Assembly: GCA_963822445.1 (NCBI GenBank)
Contig: CAWGHO010000003.1
Coordinates: forward strand, 1,504,001 to 1,568,000
DNA: 64,000 nt
Source of the DNA: an uncultured Acidobacteriota bacterium
Lineage (GTDB): Bacteria; Acidobacteriota; Thermoanaerobaculia; Gp7-AA8
Direction of reading: 5' to 3'
The notes beneath the pieces are model-generated. The model worked only from the letters and a program-made list of their open reading frames with translations, made no database searches and was not told the DNA's origin. Position 1 is the first letter of the stretch. Every line of letters starts with the position of its first letter. The translations under genes were made by a program, and so were the position numbers. This document shows positions 52,120 to 63,776 of this stretch, in pieces.

Positions 52120-53223
52120 TCAGCGCACCGCGCGCCGTCTTGGCACCGGCGTCATGACCGGCACCGGCAGCCCGTTCACCAGCGACGAGGACGCTTTCAA
52201 ACGCGCCTCGACCTCGGCCGGCGTCAGGTCAGGCTCGCGCTCGAGGATTCGCGCGGCCATGCCCGCGACGTAAGGCGTGGCGAACGATGTGCCCGAGCCG
52301 AAGGCCGGCTGGATGAAGTGATCGATCCCGGTTCCCGAGGCCAGGAGCACGTTCGCGCCGGGTGCGAGGACTTCGACGAGAGGACCTCCGCACGACCGCG
52401 ACCAGACCTGGTTGTCGCGGGTGATCGCCCCGACCGTGATCAGGCCGTCGATCGAAGGACCGAAGAGTCCCGGGTAAGCGATGACCGTTCCGTTTTCCGA
52501 GCAACCGTTTGGCAATCCGTCGCCCGCTGCGTTTCCGGCGGCGACAGCGATGACGAAGCGCTTGCCATTCGGATCGGGGTTCATGTTTGCGTCGACGCCC
52601 GAGGTCATCCGTCGCACGTCTTCGGCGAGCTCGGCGTACTCGGTGAATCCGTGGAAGTAGCCGCCGCTGATGTTCACCACGGCCGTACGGAATGACGGCG
52701 CGGTCGGGCTGTACGCATGCTCGACGACGGCGCGCAGCGCCTCGCGGTAATCTCCAGGCCCGGCGATGATGGACACGATCTTTACGTCCGGCGCGATGCC
52801 GGTCGTGGCGCCACCGATGATCGACGCCACCGATGTGCCGTGGTTCACGCCGACGCTGCAGCGCGTCGATCCGGCTCCGCAACCGGGCGGGACAGGTCCG
52901 ACCGTTTTTTCGTGGATGACGATGCTGCCCTCAGCGCGCATGAACTCGTTGTGATCGGCCCGAATGGAAAGGTCGATGACGTAGACCACGACGCCGGCAC
53001 CGGTTGCGGGCATGAACATGCGGCCGTCGAGCGCGCCGGCGCGGCTATCCGCGCGGTCGAGATGCCAGAGGACGTTCTCGGGAAACTGCGGGCCGCACGC
53101 GACGATGCGCGCGACCGGCACGGTGAGCGCGACTTCCTCGGTTACCTGGCAGGTGGTGAAGCGAACCTGCGCGTTTACTGCGATCGTGGCGAGTACAGCG
53201 AACAGGGTGAGAAAGGTCTTCAA
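52120..53223 (-). CDS. Secreted subtilisin-like serine protease (S8)
   Basis: VYVID, HGTSVAS, AAGN and SGTSFATP motifs; signal peptide. Confidence 0.88.
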   Translation of the reverse strand: MKTFLTLFAVLATIAVNAQVRFTTCQVTEEVALTVPVARIVACGPQFPENVLWHLDRADSRAGALDGRMFMPATGAGVVVYVIDLSIRADHNEFMRAEGSIVIHEKTVGPVPPGCGAGSTRCSVGVNHGTSVASIIGGATTGIAPDVKIVSIIAGPGDYREALRAVVEHAYSPTAPSFRTAVVNISGGYFHGFTEYAELAEDVRRMTSGVDANMNPDPNGKRFVIAVAAGNAAGDGLPNGCSENGTVIAYPGLFGPSIDGLITVGAITRDNQVWSRSCGGPLVEVLAPGANVLLASGTGIDHFIQPAFGSGTSFATPYVAGMAARILEREPDLTPAEVEARLKASSSLVNGLPVPVMTPVPRRRAVR

Positions 53224-53314
53224 GTAAAAGCTCCAGGGAAAAGGTTATTTGCGGGCGCAGTTTATAACCGGGAAGGCATGGATTTAACGAGCTGAACCGC
53301 TTGCAACCCGCGCG

Positions 53315-53857
53315 TTACACGGGAAGCGGATGCTCCTCGATCACGGTGTTGAATGTGCGCCCATCGAGCTCCAGGTAGAGTTGACGCTCGGTCACCGTTA
53401 GCGACAGCGCTGCGCGCCGCCCGACCGCCTCGGCGACCTCCTCGACGAAGCCGTCGCCGAATGTGTAGACCGGCACCTCATCCGAACGATGAATTCTCTT
53501 GCCCGAGAGTGACTCCATCACCACTCGAAGCGGGCGGTGCGTGTAAACGGCTACCCGGCCGGCCAACTTCGTGGCCCGGTGGATCCGTTCGGCGTCAGGT
53601 GCGCCCACCTCGATCCATGCAGTGATGCGTCCGGTCAGGTCGCGCACCAGGACCGCCGGCTCATCGCCGGCCGCGACTCCTTCTGTCAGCGAAATCCCTT
53701 CGGCATACTCGAGCGAATACGCGAGGACCCGGCTGAGCATGTACGGCGCGGTCTCCGACGGCTGACGGGCAACGCGCAGGTCGACCTTCTCGTAGACGCC
53801 GCGATCGATGTCAGAGATTTCGAGCGCAAACGCGTGAATCGTCGGGGTCAGAGCCAT
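53315..53857 (-). CDS. yaeQ: YaeQ family protein
   Basis: ISDIDRGVY..ARQPSET..RVLAY, DEP and WIEVG.PD motifs. Confidence 0.88.
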   Translation of the reverse strand: MALTPTIHAFALEISDIDRGVYEKVDLRVARQPSETAPYMLSRVLAYSLEYAEGISLTEGVAAGDEPAVLVRDLTGRITAWIEVGAPDAERIHRATKLAGRVAVYTHRPLRVVMESLSGKRIHRSDEVPVYTFGDGFVEEVAEAVGRRAALSLTVTERQLYLELDGRTFNTVIEEHPLPV

Positions 53858-53876
53858 CGGGTTGCAGCACGGCTGC

Positions 53877-55583
<1,707 letters not shown>

Positions 55584-55607
55584 TCAGGTGGGTCGGGCGT
55601 TGAATCG

Positions 55608-55628
55608 AAAAATGAGCCAGACGGCTCA
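55608..55628 (-). terminator. Intrinsic terminator-like hairpin within the pyrG leader
   Basis: Minus strand TGAGCC-GTCT-GGCTCA-TTTTT. Confidence 0.55.
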
Positions 55629-55660
55629 ATGACAAGCTCCGATTTCACGCATCGGAAGGC

Positions 55661-55689
55661 ATTCTAAATCGGCGCCAGCAATGCGGCAA
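55661..55689 (-). promoter_or_regulatory. Sigma70-type promoter of pyrG
   Basis: Minus strand TTGCCG-17 nt-TAGAAT. Confidence 0.65.
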
Positions 55690-55707
55690 GACCGGCGGGT
55701 GGAGAAG

Positions 55708-56433
55708 TCATTGCCGGAGCAGTTCCGCCTCGACCCGCGCCACATCCTCAGGACGGTCGACGCCGAGGTGGGCGCGGGTGGTCTGGAGGACGTTGATGCG
55801 CATCCCGTTCTGCAGGGCGCGCAGCTGTTCGAGCGATTCGGCGAGCTCCAGCGACGACGGGGCGAGGGCCACGAAACGGTTCAGCACGTCGCGGCGGTAG
55901 GCGTACACACCGATGTGGCGCATGGCCGTCTCCCGGGAGGCGATCGGGGCGCGGGAAAAGTAGAGAGCGTTGCCGATCATGTCCCGGATCACCTTCACCA
56001 CGTCGCGGCTCTGAAACTCCTCGTCCGACTCGAGCGGTGAGGCCAGCGTGGCCAATCCCGAAATCGTGTTCGCCAACTTGTCGATGAGCGCGTCGACGCC
56101 GGTCATGTCGATCAGCGGCTCATCGCCCTGCACGTTGACGACGATGTCGAACGGCTCTCCCTCGGCGCTCTCGATGATCGGCAGGGCCGCGGCGATCCGG
56201 TCCGTCCCGCTCTGAAACTCGCCCTCGGGACGGACGACCTTTCCGCCGAACTCGAGGACGTGGCCGAAGATGCGGTCGTCGTCCGTCGCGACGTAGACCG
56301 CGGTCGCGCGCGCGGAGATCGATGCCCGCTCGTACACGCGCTGAATGAGAGAGAGGCCGGCGATCTGCGCCAGAGGCTTTCCGGGGAATCGCGAAGAGCC
56401 CCAGCGCGCGGGAACTACAATCACCGACCGCAT
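55708..56433 (-). CDS. kdsB: 3-deoxy-manno-octulosonate cytidylyltransferase
   Basis: VPARWGSSRFPGKPL, SGTDR, NVQGDEP, HIGVYAY and ESLEQLR motifs. Confidence 0.95.
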   Translation of the reverse strand: MRSVIVVPARWGSSRFPGKPLAQIAGLSLIQRVYERASISARATAVYVATDDDRIFGHVLEFGGKVVRPEGEFQSGTDRIAAALPIIESAEGEPFDIVVNVQGDEPLIDMTGVDALIDKLANTISGLATLASPLESDEEFQSRDVVKVIRDMIGNALYFSRAPIASRETAMRHIGVYAYRRDVLNRFVALAPSSLELAESLEQLRALQNGMRINVLQTTRAHLGVDRPEDVARVEAELLRQ

Positions 56434-56473
56434 GAACGCCGGGGATTCTATCAACGCCCGCGAGCGCGACCTC

Positions 56474-57424
56474 GTGAAGCGCCTCGGCGTGGTGGTCATC
56501 TTCATCCTCGTCTTCACCGCGGCGTTCGCGCATCTCCATCGCGTCTACGCCGACAAGTTCTTCGGCATCACCGGGCGGGCGGAGTGGATCTGGGCGCAGC
56601 ACCGGATGAGCTCGAACGAGCCGGTGGCGTTTTTCGCGACGCGCGACGTCGTGCTCCCGGAGCGGCGCGATTTCACTCACCTGAAAGTGATCGGCGACCC
56701 GGAGTACACGATTCATGTGAACGGGCGCGAGGTCGCGGGGCGGCGACTGGCGGGGCGTCGCAAGACGCACGTCGACGAGCGGCTCGATCTCTACGACATC
56801 TCCTCACTGGTGAAGACCGGAAGGAACCGGATCGTGATCACCGTCCGCGCACCGGCGGGCATCGGCGGTCTCATCGCGTCGATCGACCTGGCGCCTGAGA
56901 ATCAGAACTGGCTGGTGACGAATGCGGACTGGAAGATCTATCGGCAGTGGCATCCGGAGCTCTTCCGCCGCGATCCCGTGGGCGTGCCGTGGGAACCGCC
57001 GCAGATCGTCGGTGCGCCGCCGGTCGGACGGTGGAACTACCTGCAGGTTGCGCGGCGGCAACACGGCGCGAAGACGACGACGGTCGTGCCTCCGCGCGAT
57101 TCGTTCGAAGTCGTCGGGCTGATTCCCGCGATCCGAACGCGCGGCGGCGTGGCGGTGGCGGTTGCCGATCGCGCGCGGGCTACGGCGTTCGACTTCGGCT
57201 TCACGAAAGGGCATCTGCGGCTGACGCGCGAGCGGTCGCACTTTGCCAGCCGGACGGTGAACGTGCGTTTCGCTTTCGCGCGGCACGAGCTCGGCTACGT
57301 CGAATGGAATCTGCGGCCGATCGTCTTCGCGCCGGGCGAGATGTCCGTCACCACGCCCGAGACGCACGACTTCCGCTACGCGATGGTGTTCGCGAGGGGA
57401 GTGCGGGCGGAGGAGGTCCGGTAG
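56474..57424 (+). CDS. Membrane-anchored protein with a galactose-binding-like (rhamnosidase N-terminal-like) domain
   Basis: N-terminal TM; AEWIW, Y.IHVNG and YDISSLVKTGRN motifs. Confidence 0.55.
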   Translation: MKRLGVVVIFILVFTAAFAHLHRVYADKFFGITGRAEWIWAQHRMSSNEPVAFFATRDVVLPERRDFTHLKVIGDPEYTIHVNGREVAGRRLAGRRKTHVDERLDLYDISSLVKTGRNRIVITVRAPAGIGGLIASIDLAPENQNWLVTNADWKIYRQWHPELFRRDPVGVPWEPPQIVGAPPVGRWNYLQVARRQHGAKTTTVVPPRDSFEVVGLIPAIRTRGGVAVAVADRARATAFDFGFTKGHLRLTRERSHFASRTVNVRFAFARHELGYVEWNLRPIVFAPGEMSVTTPETHDFRYAMVFARGVRAEEVR

Positions 57425-57529
57425 TTTATCCCGCGCGAAGACGCGGGATCTCTCGGTGCACCTGCCGCAATGATGGCTACTGCGCCGCTGGTGCACGCAG
57501 AGATCCCGCGTCTTCGCGCGGGATAAACT
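57423..57529. repeat. Long inverted repeat (REP doublet, different family)
   Basis: Perfect 31-bp arms AGTTTATCCCGCGCGAAGACGCGGGATCTCT and AGAGATCCCGCGTCTTCGCGCGGGATAAACT, each with an internal hairpin. Confidence 0.85.
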
Positions 57530-57543
57530 GAAAGAAAGATCTC

Positions 57544-58290
57544 CTAGTAGATGACTTTGCGGACGAAGTAGTCCTGCTGCGAGATCAGGCGCTTCTCCAT
57601 CGCATCCGCGTCGGCGCGGCTCATCTGAAACCTTCCCGCCGAACCGCCGGAGGTCGTCTTCATGAACAGCTCGACCATGTCGATCACCGCGCCGTCGACG
57701 CCGGCGTTGCGCATGATCAGGTAGGACGTCGCCGAGATCGCGTTGAAGACGCGCTCTTCCGTGTCGACGGTCAGCTCGGCGCGAAGGCTGCGCGCGCCGG
57801 TCGAGACGATGTTCTTCTCGAAGATGCCGATGTTCTCGTAGGACTTGTCGAAATTGTCGAGCACGCGCTGCGGCACGGTGCCGGCGACGACGTTCGGCGG
57901 CGGCGCCACGACGGGAGCCTGGGACGTGTCAGGCGTCGGCACCTTGCCGGTGCTGCGCTGACGAAGCTTGATCTGGCCGCCGAGGGGCTCCTGTTGCTGC
58001 TGCGCGGGAACCTGGGAGACGGGCATGTTCGTGGTGAGATCGAGCAGCTTCCCGTCGACGCCCAGCTTGGTGAGCTGTTCGGACTTCGCCGCGTCGATCA
58101 GGGCGGGATCGACCTGTAGGGACTGCCCGTTGGTCAGGAGGATGATCGCCTTGCCGTTCTGGATCGTGTACTTCGCCTTGGCCTTGTAGCGCGTGCCGTC
58201 CCGCATCACGACGGTGTACTGCGCGAACGCCTGCGCGGCCACGAGCAGCGCTGCGAACATCACGACGAATCGGGTGAGTCTTTTCTGCAT
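57544..58290 (-). CDS. Secreted hypothetical protein
   Basis: Signal peptide ending AFA|Q; GGAGG SD; two domains joined by a Pro/Gln-rich linker. Confidence 0.7.
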   Translation of the reverse strand: MQKRLTRFVVMFAALLVAAQAFAQYTVVMRDGTRYKAKAKYTIQNGKAIILLTNGQSLQVDPALIDAAKSEQLTKLGVDGKLLDLTTNMPVSQVPAQQQQEPLGGQIKLRQRSTGKVPTPDTSQAPVVAPPPNVVAGTVPQRVLDNFDKSYENIGIFEKNIVSTGARSLRAELTVDTEERVFNAISATSYLIMRNAGVDGAVIDMVELFMKTTSGGSAGRFQMSRADADAMEKRLISQQDYFVRKVIY

Positions 58291-58401
58291 GGCGCCTCCG
58301 GAATCTGGGGGTGAAGCGGTCGATTATACTGACGCGTCGCAACGCCGGACTGCCGGTCGGCGATTCCGAATCCGGTTCTTCACCCCAGGAGAGATACCCG
58401 C

Positions 58402-59436
58402 ATGCTGGTCGTCATGGAGGCCGCGGCGCGGCCCGAGCAGATCGAAGCCGTCGTTCGCCACATCGAGCGTCTCGGTTTCAAGGCGCACCCCATCCCGGGA
58501 GCGTACCGGACGGCGATCGGCGTCACCGGACACGGCGGGAAGGCCGATCCGCTCATCCTGGAGAACTTCCCCGGCGTCAAGGAAGTCATCCCTGTCTCCC
58601 ACGCATACAAGCTCGTCAGCAGGGAAGCGCGACCGGAGGATTCGATCGTCAACGTCGGCGGGGTCGACGTGGGCGGAAACGGGATCGTGGTCATCGGCGG
58701 TCCTTGCGCGGTCGAATCGCTCGACCAGACCCGCACCATCGCCGAGGCGGTCAAGCGCGCCGGTGCGCAGCTCTTCCGTGGCGGCGCGTACAAGCCGCGC
58801 ACGTCGCCTTACTCGTTCCAGGGGCTGGGGGAGAAGGCGCTGGAGATTCTCGCGCGCGTTCGCGAGGAATTCGACATCCCAGTGATCACCGAGGCGATCG
58901 ATCACGAATCGCTGCAGCTGGTCGAGCAGTACGCGGACTGCATCCAGATCGGCGCGCGGAACATGCAGAACTTCGCGCTCCTGAAAAGCGCCGGCCGCTC
59001 GCGGAAACCGGTCCTGCTGAAGCGAGGGATGGCCGCGACGCTCGAGGAGCTGCTGCTGTCGGCCGAATACATCATGTCCGAGGGGAACTACGCGGTGATG
59101 CTGTGCGAGCGGGGCGTGCGGACGTTCGCCGACCACACGCGCAACACGCTCGACCTCTCGGTGATCCCCGCGGTGAAGCGCATCTCCCATCTACCGATCC
59201 TCGTCGATCCGAGCCACGGCACGGGCAAGCGCAACAAGGTGCTGCCGATGTCCCGCGCCGCGATCGCCGCGGGCGCCGACGGGGTGATCATCGAGGTGCA
59301 CCACAAGCCGGAAGAGGCGCTGTCGGACGGACCGCAGGCGCTTCTGCCCGAGGCGTTCGCGGTGGTCGTGCAGCAGTGCGACGCCATCGCGCAGGTGCTT
59401 GGGCGTTCGTTGCAGCCTGCTCTGGCGGCGTCGTAG
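58402..59436 (+). CDS. aroF: DAHP synthase, type I-beta, with N-terminal regulatory domain
   Basis: GGPCAVES, GGAYKPRTSPYSFQGLG, GARNMQN and DPSHGTG motifs. Confidence 0.95.
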   Translation: MLVVMEAAARPEQIEAVVRHIERLGFKAHPIPGAYRTAIGVTGHGGKADPLILENFPGVKEVIPVSHAYKLVSREARPEDSIVNVGGVDVGGNGIVVIGGPCAVESLDQTRTIAEAVKRAGAQLFRGGAYKPRTSPYSFQGLGEKALEILARVREEFDIPVITEAIDHESLQLVEQYADCIQIGARNMQNFALLKSAGRSRKPVLLKRGMAATLEELLLSAEYIMSEGNYAVMLCERGVRTFADHTRNTLDLSVIPAVKRISHLPILVDPSHGTGKRNKVLPMSRAAIAAGADGVIIEVHHKPEEALSDGPQALLPEAFAVVVQQCDAIAQVLGRSLQPALAAS

Positions 59437-59447
59437 CGCACGAGCAC

Positions 59448-59480
59448 ACCGGGGCGCCTCCGGCGCCCCGGTCAGCTTTT
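59448..59480. terminator. GC hairpin between convergent genes
   Basis: ACCGGGGCGCC-TCC-GGCGCCCCGGT followed by CAGCTTTT. Confidence 0.55.
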
Positions 59481-60161
59481 GCCCTGCAACAGCTTCAGTG
59501 CAGCCTGCTTCAACGCCATGCTCGTGCCCCCGCGCGCGATGTTGCGCAACTCCGGGACCGGCAGCGTCGGCAGGATCTTGAGAGCGAAGGCCGGCGGGGT
59601 TTTCGGGTTGTTGACCAGGCCCACCCGCACGTCCAGGCTGGCCATCCACTGGCCGGTCTTCACGATCACGTCCGCGATCTGGTAGTTGAGAAACGACGAC
59701 TTCGCGAGGCGCGCCACTTCCTCGACCGTGATTCGCGGGTTGCGCAGGATCGATAGCAGTACGCGCGGGTCGTTGTCCTGGAGCAGGAGAGCGCGTTCGC
59801 TGCGATCGGCTTTCACCGCGAGGAGCAACTTCTCCATCTGCGACAGGCCGCGGATGCGATCCCAGACGTTGCCGGGTTTTTCTTCCTCGGCCTCCGGCTT
59901 CGTCAGGAGCTTCTGCATCATCTCCTCGACATTGCCGTCGATCACCACCGCTATGCCGTCCGGCAGCGCGGCAACTGCTGTTGCTTTCGCGAACGCCTCG
60001 CCGCCGCCCGCGCCGCGGAGCGTCAGCAGCAGCGCGGTGTTCAGGGGCACGGTCTCGGCGGTCGTGAGGCGGAGGGCGTTGTCCACGAGGTTCGCGCGCA
60101 GCTCCTGCTCGCTGTCGAACTCCGCGGTGAACGCGGCCGTGCCGTTCCGGGTGACTTTCAT
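59472..60161 (-). CDS. Hypothetical protein: degenerate PilZ-like N-domain plus helical-repeat C-domain
   Basis: N-terminal beta-rich segment; C-terminal RIRGLSQMEK..ILRNPRIT..LVNNPKTP repeats. Confidence 0.6.
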   Translation of the reverse strand: MKVTRNGTAAFTAEFDSEQELRANLVDNALRLTTAETVPLNTALLLTLRGAGGGEAFAKATAVAALPDGIAVVIDGNVEEMMQKLLTKPEAEEEKPGNVWDRIRGLSQMEKLLLAVKADRSERALLLQDNDPRVLLSILRNPRITVEEVARLAKSSFLNYQIADVIVKTGQWMASLDVRVGLVNNPKTPPAFALKILPTLPVPELRNIARGGTSMALKQAALKLLQGKS

Positions 60162-60910
60162 CCGATCACGCAGATCATCTTCAAAAGCGGCTCGGCGAGG
60201 CGGGCATCCCCTTCGACTTGCGGTTCCTTCTTCGCCCGCGCCTTCGTGAACAACCGCCACGCCGAATCGGGATCGATCGTGACGACGGCCGACGCTTCAT
60301 CCTCGCCGGGGAACAGTTTCCACTGATCATTCTCGCGGCGAAGCGTCCAGGCGTCGGTGATTCGCAAGGCGATCGCCGTTCCATCAGGCGCTGAAAAATC
60401 ACGATACGCGTGCGGCACGCCGCGGACGAACGTGTCGATGACCGGGCCGAGGAACGGCTCGAACAGCGGCGGGCGGGCGAGGGCGTCGCGGATCTGTTGC
60501 TGGTGATGCCAGCGCTCCGTCAGCTCGCGAGCGACGTCGAACCACACCGGCGATTCCTCTTCGCCCGCCCACGCCACGCCCCACATCGCCTTCGCGAATG
60601 GATCGAGCGAGACGAGATACGAGGCCTCCTCGCTGCCGTAGCGATCCATCATCTCGATGAGAATCCGCGGGCTGATCCGCCGCATGGCCACGATCCAGTC
60701 GCGATTTGCAGCATTCGGCTCGAAATCCGGAATCGGCACCTGCGACAGCCGTCGCAGCGCGGTATCGAGCAGATGCGCGGTCAGGTCTTTCACCGTCCAC
60801 GAGCCCGCCGCGGTCCGCGCGTTCCACTCCTCGTCAGAGATCCCGCGCAGGAGCGCGATCAGCTCTTCGTGAAGCGGCGCAAACAGTTCCGCGGTGAGAA
60901 TCGGCTGCAT
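60158..60910 (-). CDS. Maleylpyruvate isomerase-like (MDMPI/DinB superfamily) protein
   Basis: WTVKDLTAHL and ERWHHQQQIRDA motifs. Confidence 0.82.
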   Translation of the reverse strand: MQPILTAELFAPLHEELIALLRGISDEEWNARTAAGSWTVKDLTAHLLDTALRRLSQVPIPDFEPNAANRDWIVAMRRISPRILIEMMDRYGSEEASYLVSLDPFAKAMWGVAWAGEEESPVWFDVARELTERWHHQQQIRDALARPPLFEPFLGPVIDTFVRGVPHAYRDFSAPDGTAIALRITDAWTLRRENDQWKLFPGEDEASAVVTIDPDSAWRLFTKARAKKEPQVEGDARLAEPLLKMICVIG

Positions 60911-60935
60911 TGGTAGACTCACGCCCCGCGATCTT

Positions 60936-62370
60936 ATGCGCCGCACGAAAATTCTCGCCACCCTCGGCCCCGCCAGCAGCAGCGAAGAGATGATCTACAG
61001 GCTCCTGACCTGTGGCGTCGACGCCTTTCGCCTGAACTTCTCCCACGGCAAGCATGAAGAGCACGCGAGGGTCGTCGCGACGATCCGCTCCGTGGCCATG
61101 GACCTCGGCCGCTACGTTCCGATCGTCGGCGACATTCAGGGCCCGAAACTGCGCATCGGCGACGTCGACGGCGTGCTCCACCTCGAGTCCGGACAACCAT
61201 TCGAGATCTCGACCGAGCCCGTCCTCGGGACCGCGAAGAAAGTCTCGACCAACTTCAAACCGCTCCCGAACGAAGTGCAGATCGGCCAGCGCATCCTCAT
61301 CAACGACGGCCTGGTCGAGCTGGTCGTGACCGCGGTCGAGCCGAAGAGCGTCAGCACGCGGATCATTCACGGCGGTCCGATCTCCTCGAAGAAGGGGATG
61401 AACTTCCCCGACTCCGAGCTGACCATTCCCGCGATCACCGACAAGGACAAAGTCGATCTGAAGTTCGCCGTCGAGCAGAAGCTCGACTACATCGCCGCGT
61501 CGTTCATCCGCCGCAAGAGCGACATCGTCGAGCTGCGGGAAATCCTCCATTCGCACGGCGGCAACGAGATCAACGTCATCGCCAAGCTCGAGAAACCGCA
61601 GGCCATCGACAACCTCGACGAGATCCTCGAGGTCAGTGACGGAGTGATGGTTGCCCGCGGCGATCTCGGCGTCGAATTGCCGCCGGAAGCGGTGCCGATC
61701 ATTCAGAAGAAGATCCTCGTGCGCGCCAGCCGGTGGGGGAGATTCGCCATCACCGCGACGCAGATGCTGGAGTCGATGACCACCAACTCCCGGCCCACAC
61801 GCGCCGAAGCCTCGGACGTCGCGAACGCGATCTTCGACGGATCCGATGCGGTGATGTTGTCGGCGGAAACGGCGTCGGGGAAGTATCCCGTCGAAGCCGT
61901 GCAGATGATGGCCCGGATCGTCTTTGCGGCCGAGGCCAACCGGCAGCATGTGGCGTTCGAGTGGGAGCGCGAGCCGTTCAGGAAAGTATCGGAGCTCGAC
62001 GAATTCACCGACGCGCTGGCCGGCGCCGCGAACTACGCCGCGGAGCAGTTGGACGCGAAGTACCTGGTCGTCTTCACCCAGACCGGGTTCGCGGCGCGGC
62101 TCATGTCGAAGTTCCGCCCGAAGGTCCCGATCATCGCCCTCACGCCCTCGAGCTGGGTCGCGCGGCGCATGAATCTGCTCTGGGGCGTGCAGCCGTTCGT
62201 GGTGCAGGAAGCGGGGGAGTTCCATGAGCAGATCGTCGACCGCGTGGACGACGTTCCTCCTGTCGAAGGACATCGTCCGTCCCGGCGACAGACTGGTGAT
62301 CCTGATGGGATCACCGATCTATCAGCGCGCGAAAACGAACCTGCTGCGCGTGCACCGGGTCAGGGACTAG
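60936..62370 (+). CDS. pyk: Pyruvate kinase, with an apparent +1 frameshift near 62253
   Basis: RRTKILATLGP, RLNFSHG, MVARGDLG and TQMLESM motifs. The natural C-terminus (GDRLVILMGSP..TNLLRVH) is in the shifted frame and ends at TAG 62370. Confidence 0.95.
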
Positions 62371-63569
62371 AGCGACTGGAGAAAGGCCAGTAGCCTTGCC
62401 CGGTCGCCGGGACTCAGTTTTCGGAAGCGATCCTTCGCCGGGAACCCCTGTCCGTCGTGGGCGATGATCGCGTCTTCGATGGTGCGCGCGCTGTTGTCGT
62501 GAAGGAAGCCAGTGATGGCGCGCAGCCCCCACAGCGGCGGAGTGCGGAATTCATTGCCCGTTGCCGCGCCCTGCGGGATTCCGTCGCGGAGATCGTCCAT
62601 GTGGTGGAGGAGAAAATCGGAATACGGGTGATACGTGACCCGATCGAGCGCGCGGACCGGATGAGGTCCGGTCTGCAGCGTCGAGACATGACAGGAGTTG
62701 CAGCCGATCTGGTTGAACACCGCTTCGCCCGCGGTCACCTCCGCGGTGATCGGACCGCGCGGCGGCGCGGCCAGGAACATCATGAACTCGGTCAGCGCCC
62801 GGACCCCGCTCCCGTCGTCGTTCAGCCCCGGCGCGGGGTTGAAGCGGAGCTCCTCGCATCGTCCGGACGGGCAGTCCTCGTCCGGGAACTCCGGATTGGT
62901 GATCCCCATCTCGTTCAGATAGGCATCGCCGGCGAAGCGGAAGAGCGTCGGATTCTGATTTTTCCACCCGAACTTGCCGACGGTCTGCGTTCCAGCGGCC
63001 GGATTGTCGACCCAGGCGACGCGTCCAGCTGTTCCGTCGCCGCGCGCGGCCTGCTCAGCGGCCAGGGCGATGAAGGTGGAGTCCGGTGTCGCGTCGATGA
63101 GTCCGAGGCCGAAGAGAGGAATGGAACGGCGACTGGCGTTGATCGTCGCCTCGGGCGGCACCGCTTCGGCGCGATAGGTGTGGACGGCGCCGTCCATTTC
63201 CCCGATCGATCGCCTCGAGATGATCGGTCCTCCGAGGTGTTTCAGCGGATCGAACTGGTTGTTTGTGATCGTGCCGATCCTCGTTTCGACTCCCCCGCTC
63301 GCTCCGCCAGTGGCTGGACGGTTGTGGCAGGAAGCGCAGAAGGCAGCGTTGAAGACCGGACCGAGGCCGTTGTCGACGCGCCGCACGCGAAGAAACTCCT
63401 CCCGCCCTGCCACGAAGCGTTCGAGCTGTCCGCGCGTCAGGCCGGGAAGGGGCTTGCCGAACTCGGCGACGGGGTCGGGGCCGCTGGCGCCTGCCTGACG
63501 GCGACGCTGACCGGGAAGCGAGGGCGACAGCAGGCAACAAAGGACGGCGAAGGCGACGAAGCGCTTCAT
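62367..63569 (-). CDS. Di-heme oxidoreductase (DHOR) family protein
   Basis: GLGPVFN..CASCH, LFGLGL, GKFGWK, CNSCH, FRTPPLWG and HDG motifs; AAGGAG SD. Confidence 0.88.
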   Translation of the reverse strand: MKRFVAFAVLCCLLSPSLPGQRRRQAGASGPDPVAEFGKPLPGLTRGQLERFVAGREEFLRVRRVDNGLGPVFNAAFCASCHNRPATGGASGGVETRIGTITNNQFDPLKHLGGPIISRRSIGEMDGAVHTYRAEAVPPEATINASRRSIPLFGLGLIDATPDSTFIALAAEQAARGDGTAGRVAWVDNPAAGTQTVGKFGWKNQNPTLFRFAGDAYLNEMGITNPEFPDEDCPSGRCEELRFNPAPGLNDDGSGVRALTEFMMFLAAPPRGPITAEVTAGEAVFNQIGCNSCHVSTLQTGPHPVRALDRVTYHPYSDFLLHHMDDLRDGIPQGAATGNEFRTPPLWGLRAITGFLHDNSARTIEDAIIAHDGQGFPAKDRFRKLSPGDRARLLAFLQSL

Positions 63570-63776
63570 GCGGACACTCCTTTTTGGTGACAGCCGGATT
63601 GTACGGACACTCGGGGAGAAGGCAAACCGAGCCGGACGCTCTCGTTTCCGAACGGTTACGCTGCGGCCTGGCTCCCGGGACCGGGTGTAGGATGCGCATT
63701 GCACCTCAGGGGGAATGGTAGGGGGCCGGGGGTCGCGTTTTCCTGGTCGTCGGCTTTTAACAATCGGAGGAGGTTT

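Noticed and set aside
63618-63660. AAGGCAAACC..GGACGC resembling a c-di-GMP-I riboswitch (similar words near 44020)
   Set aside because: No GNRA-capped P2 stem, no AAA junction and no P3 tetraloop receptor.
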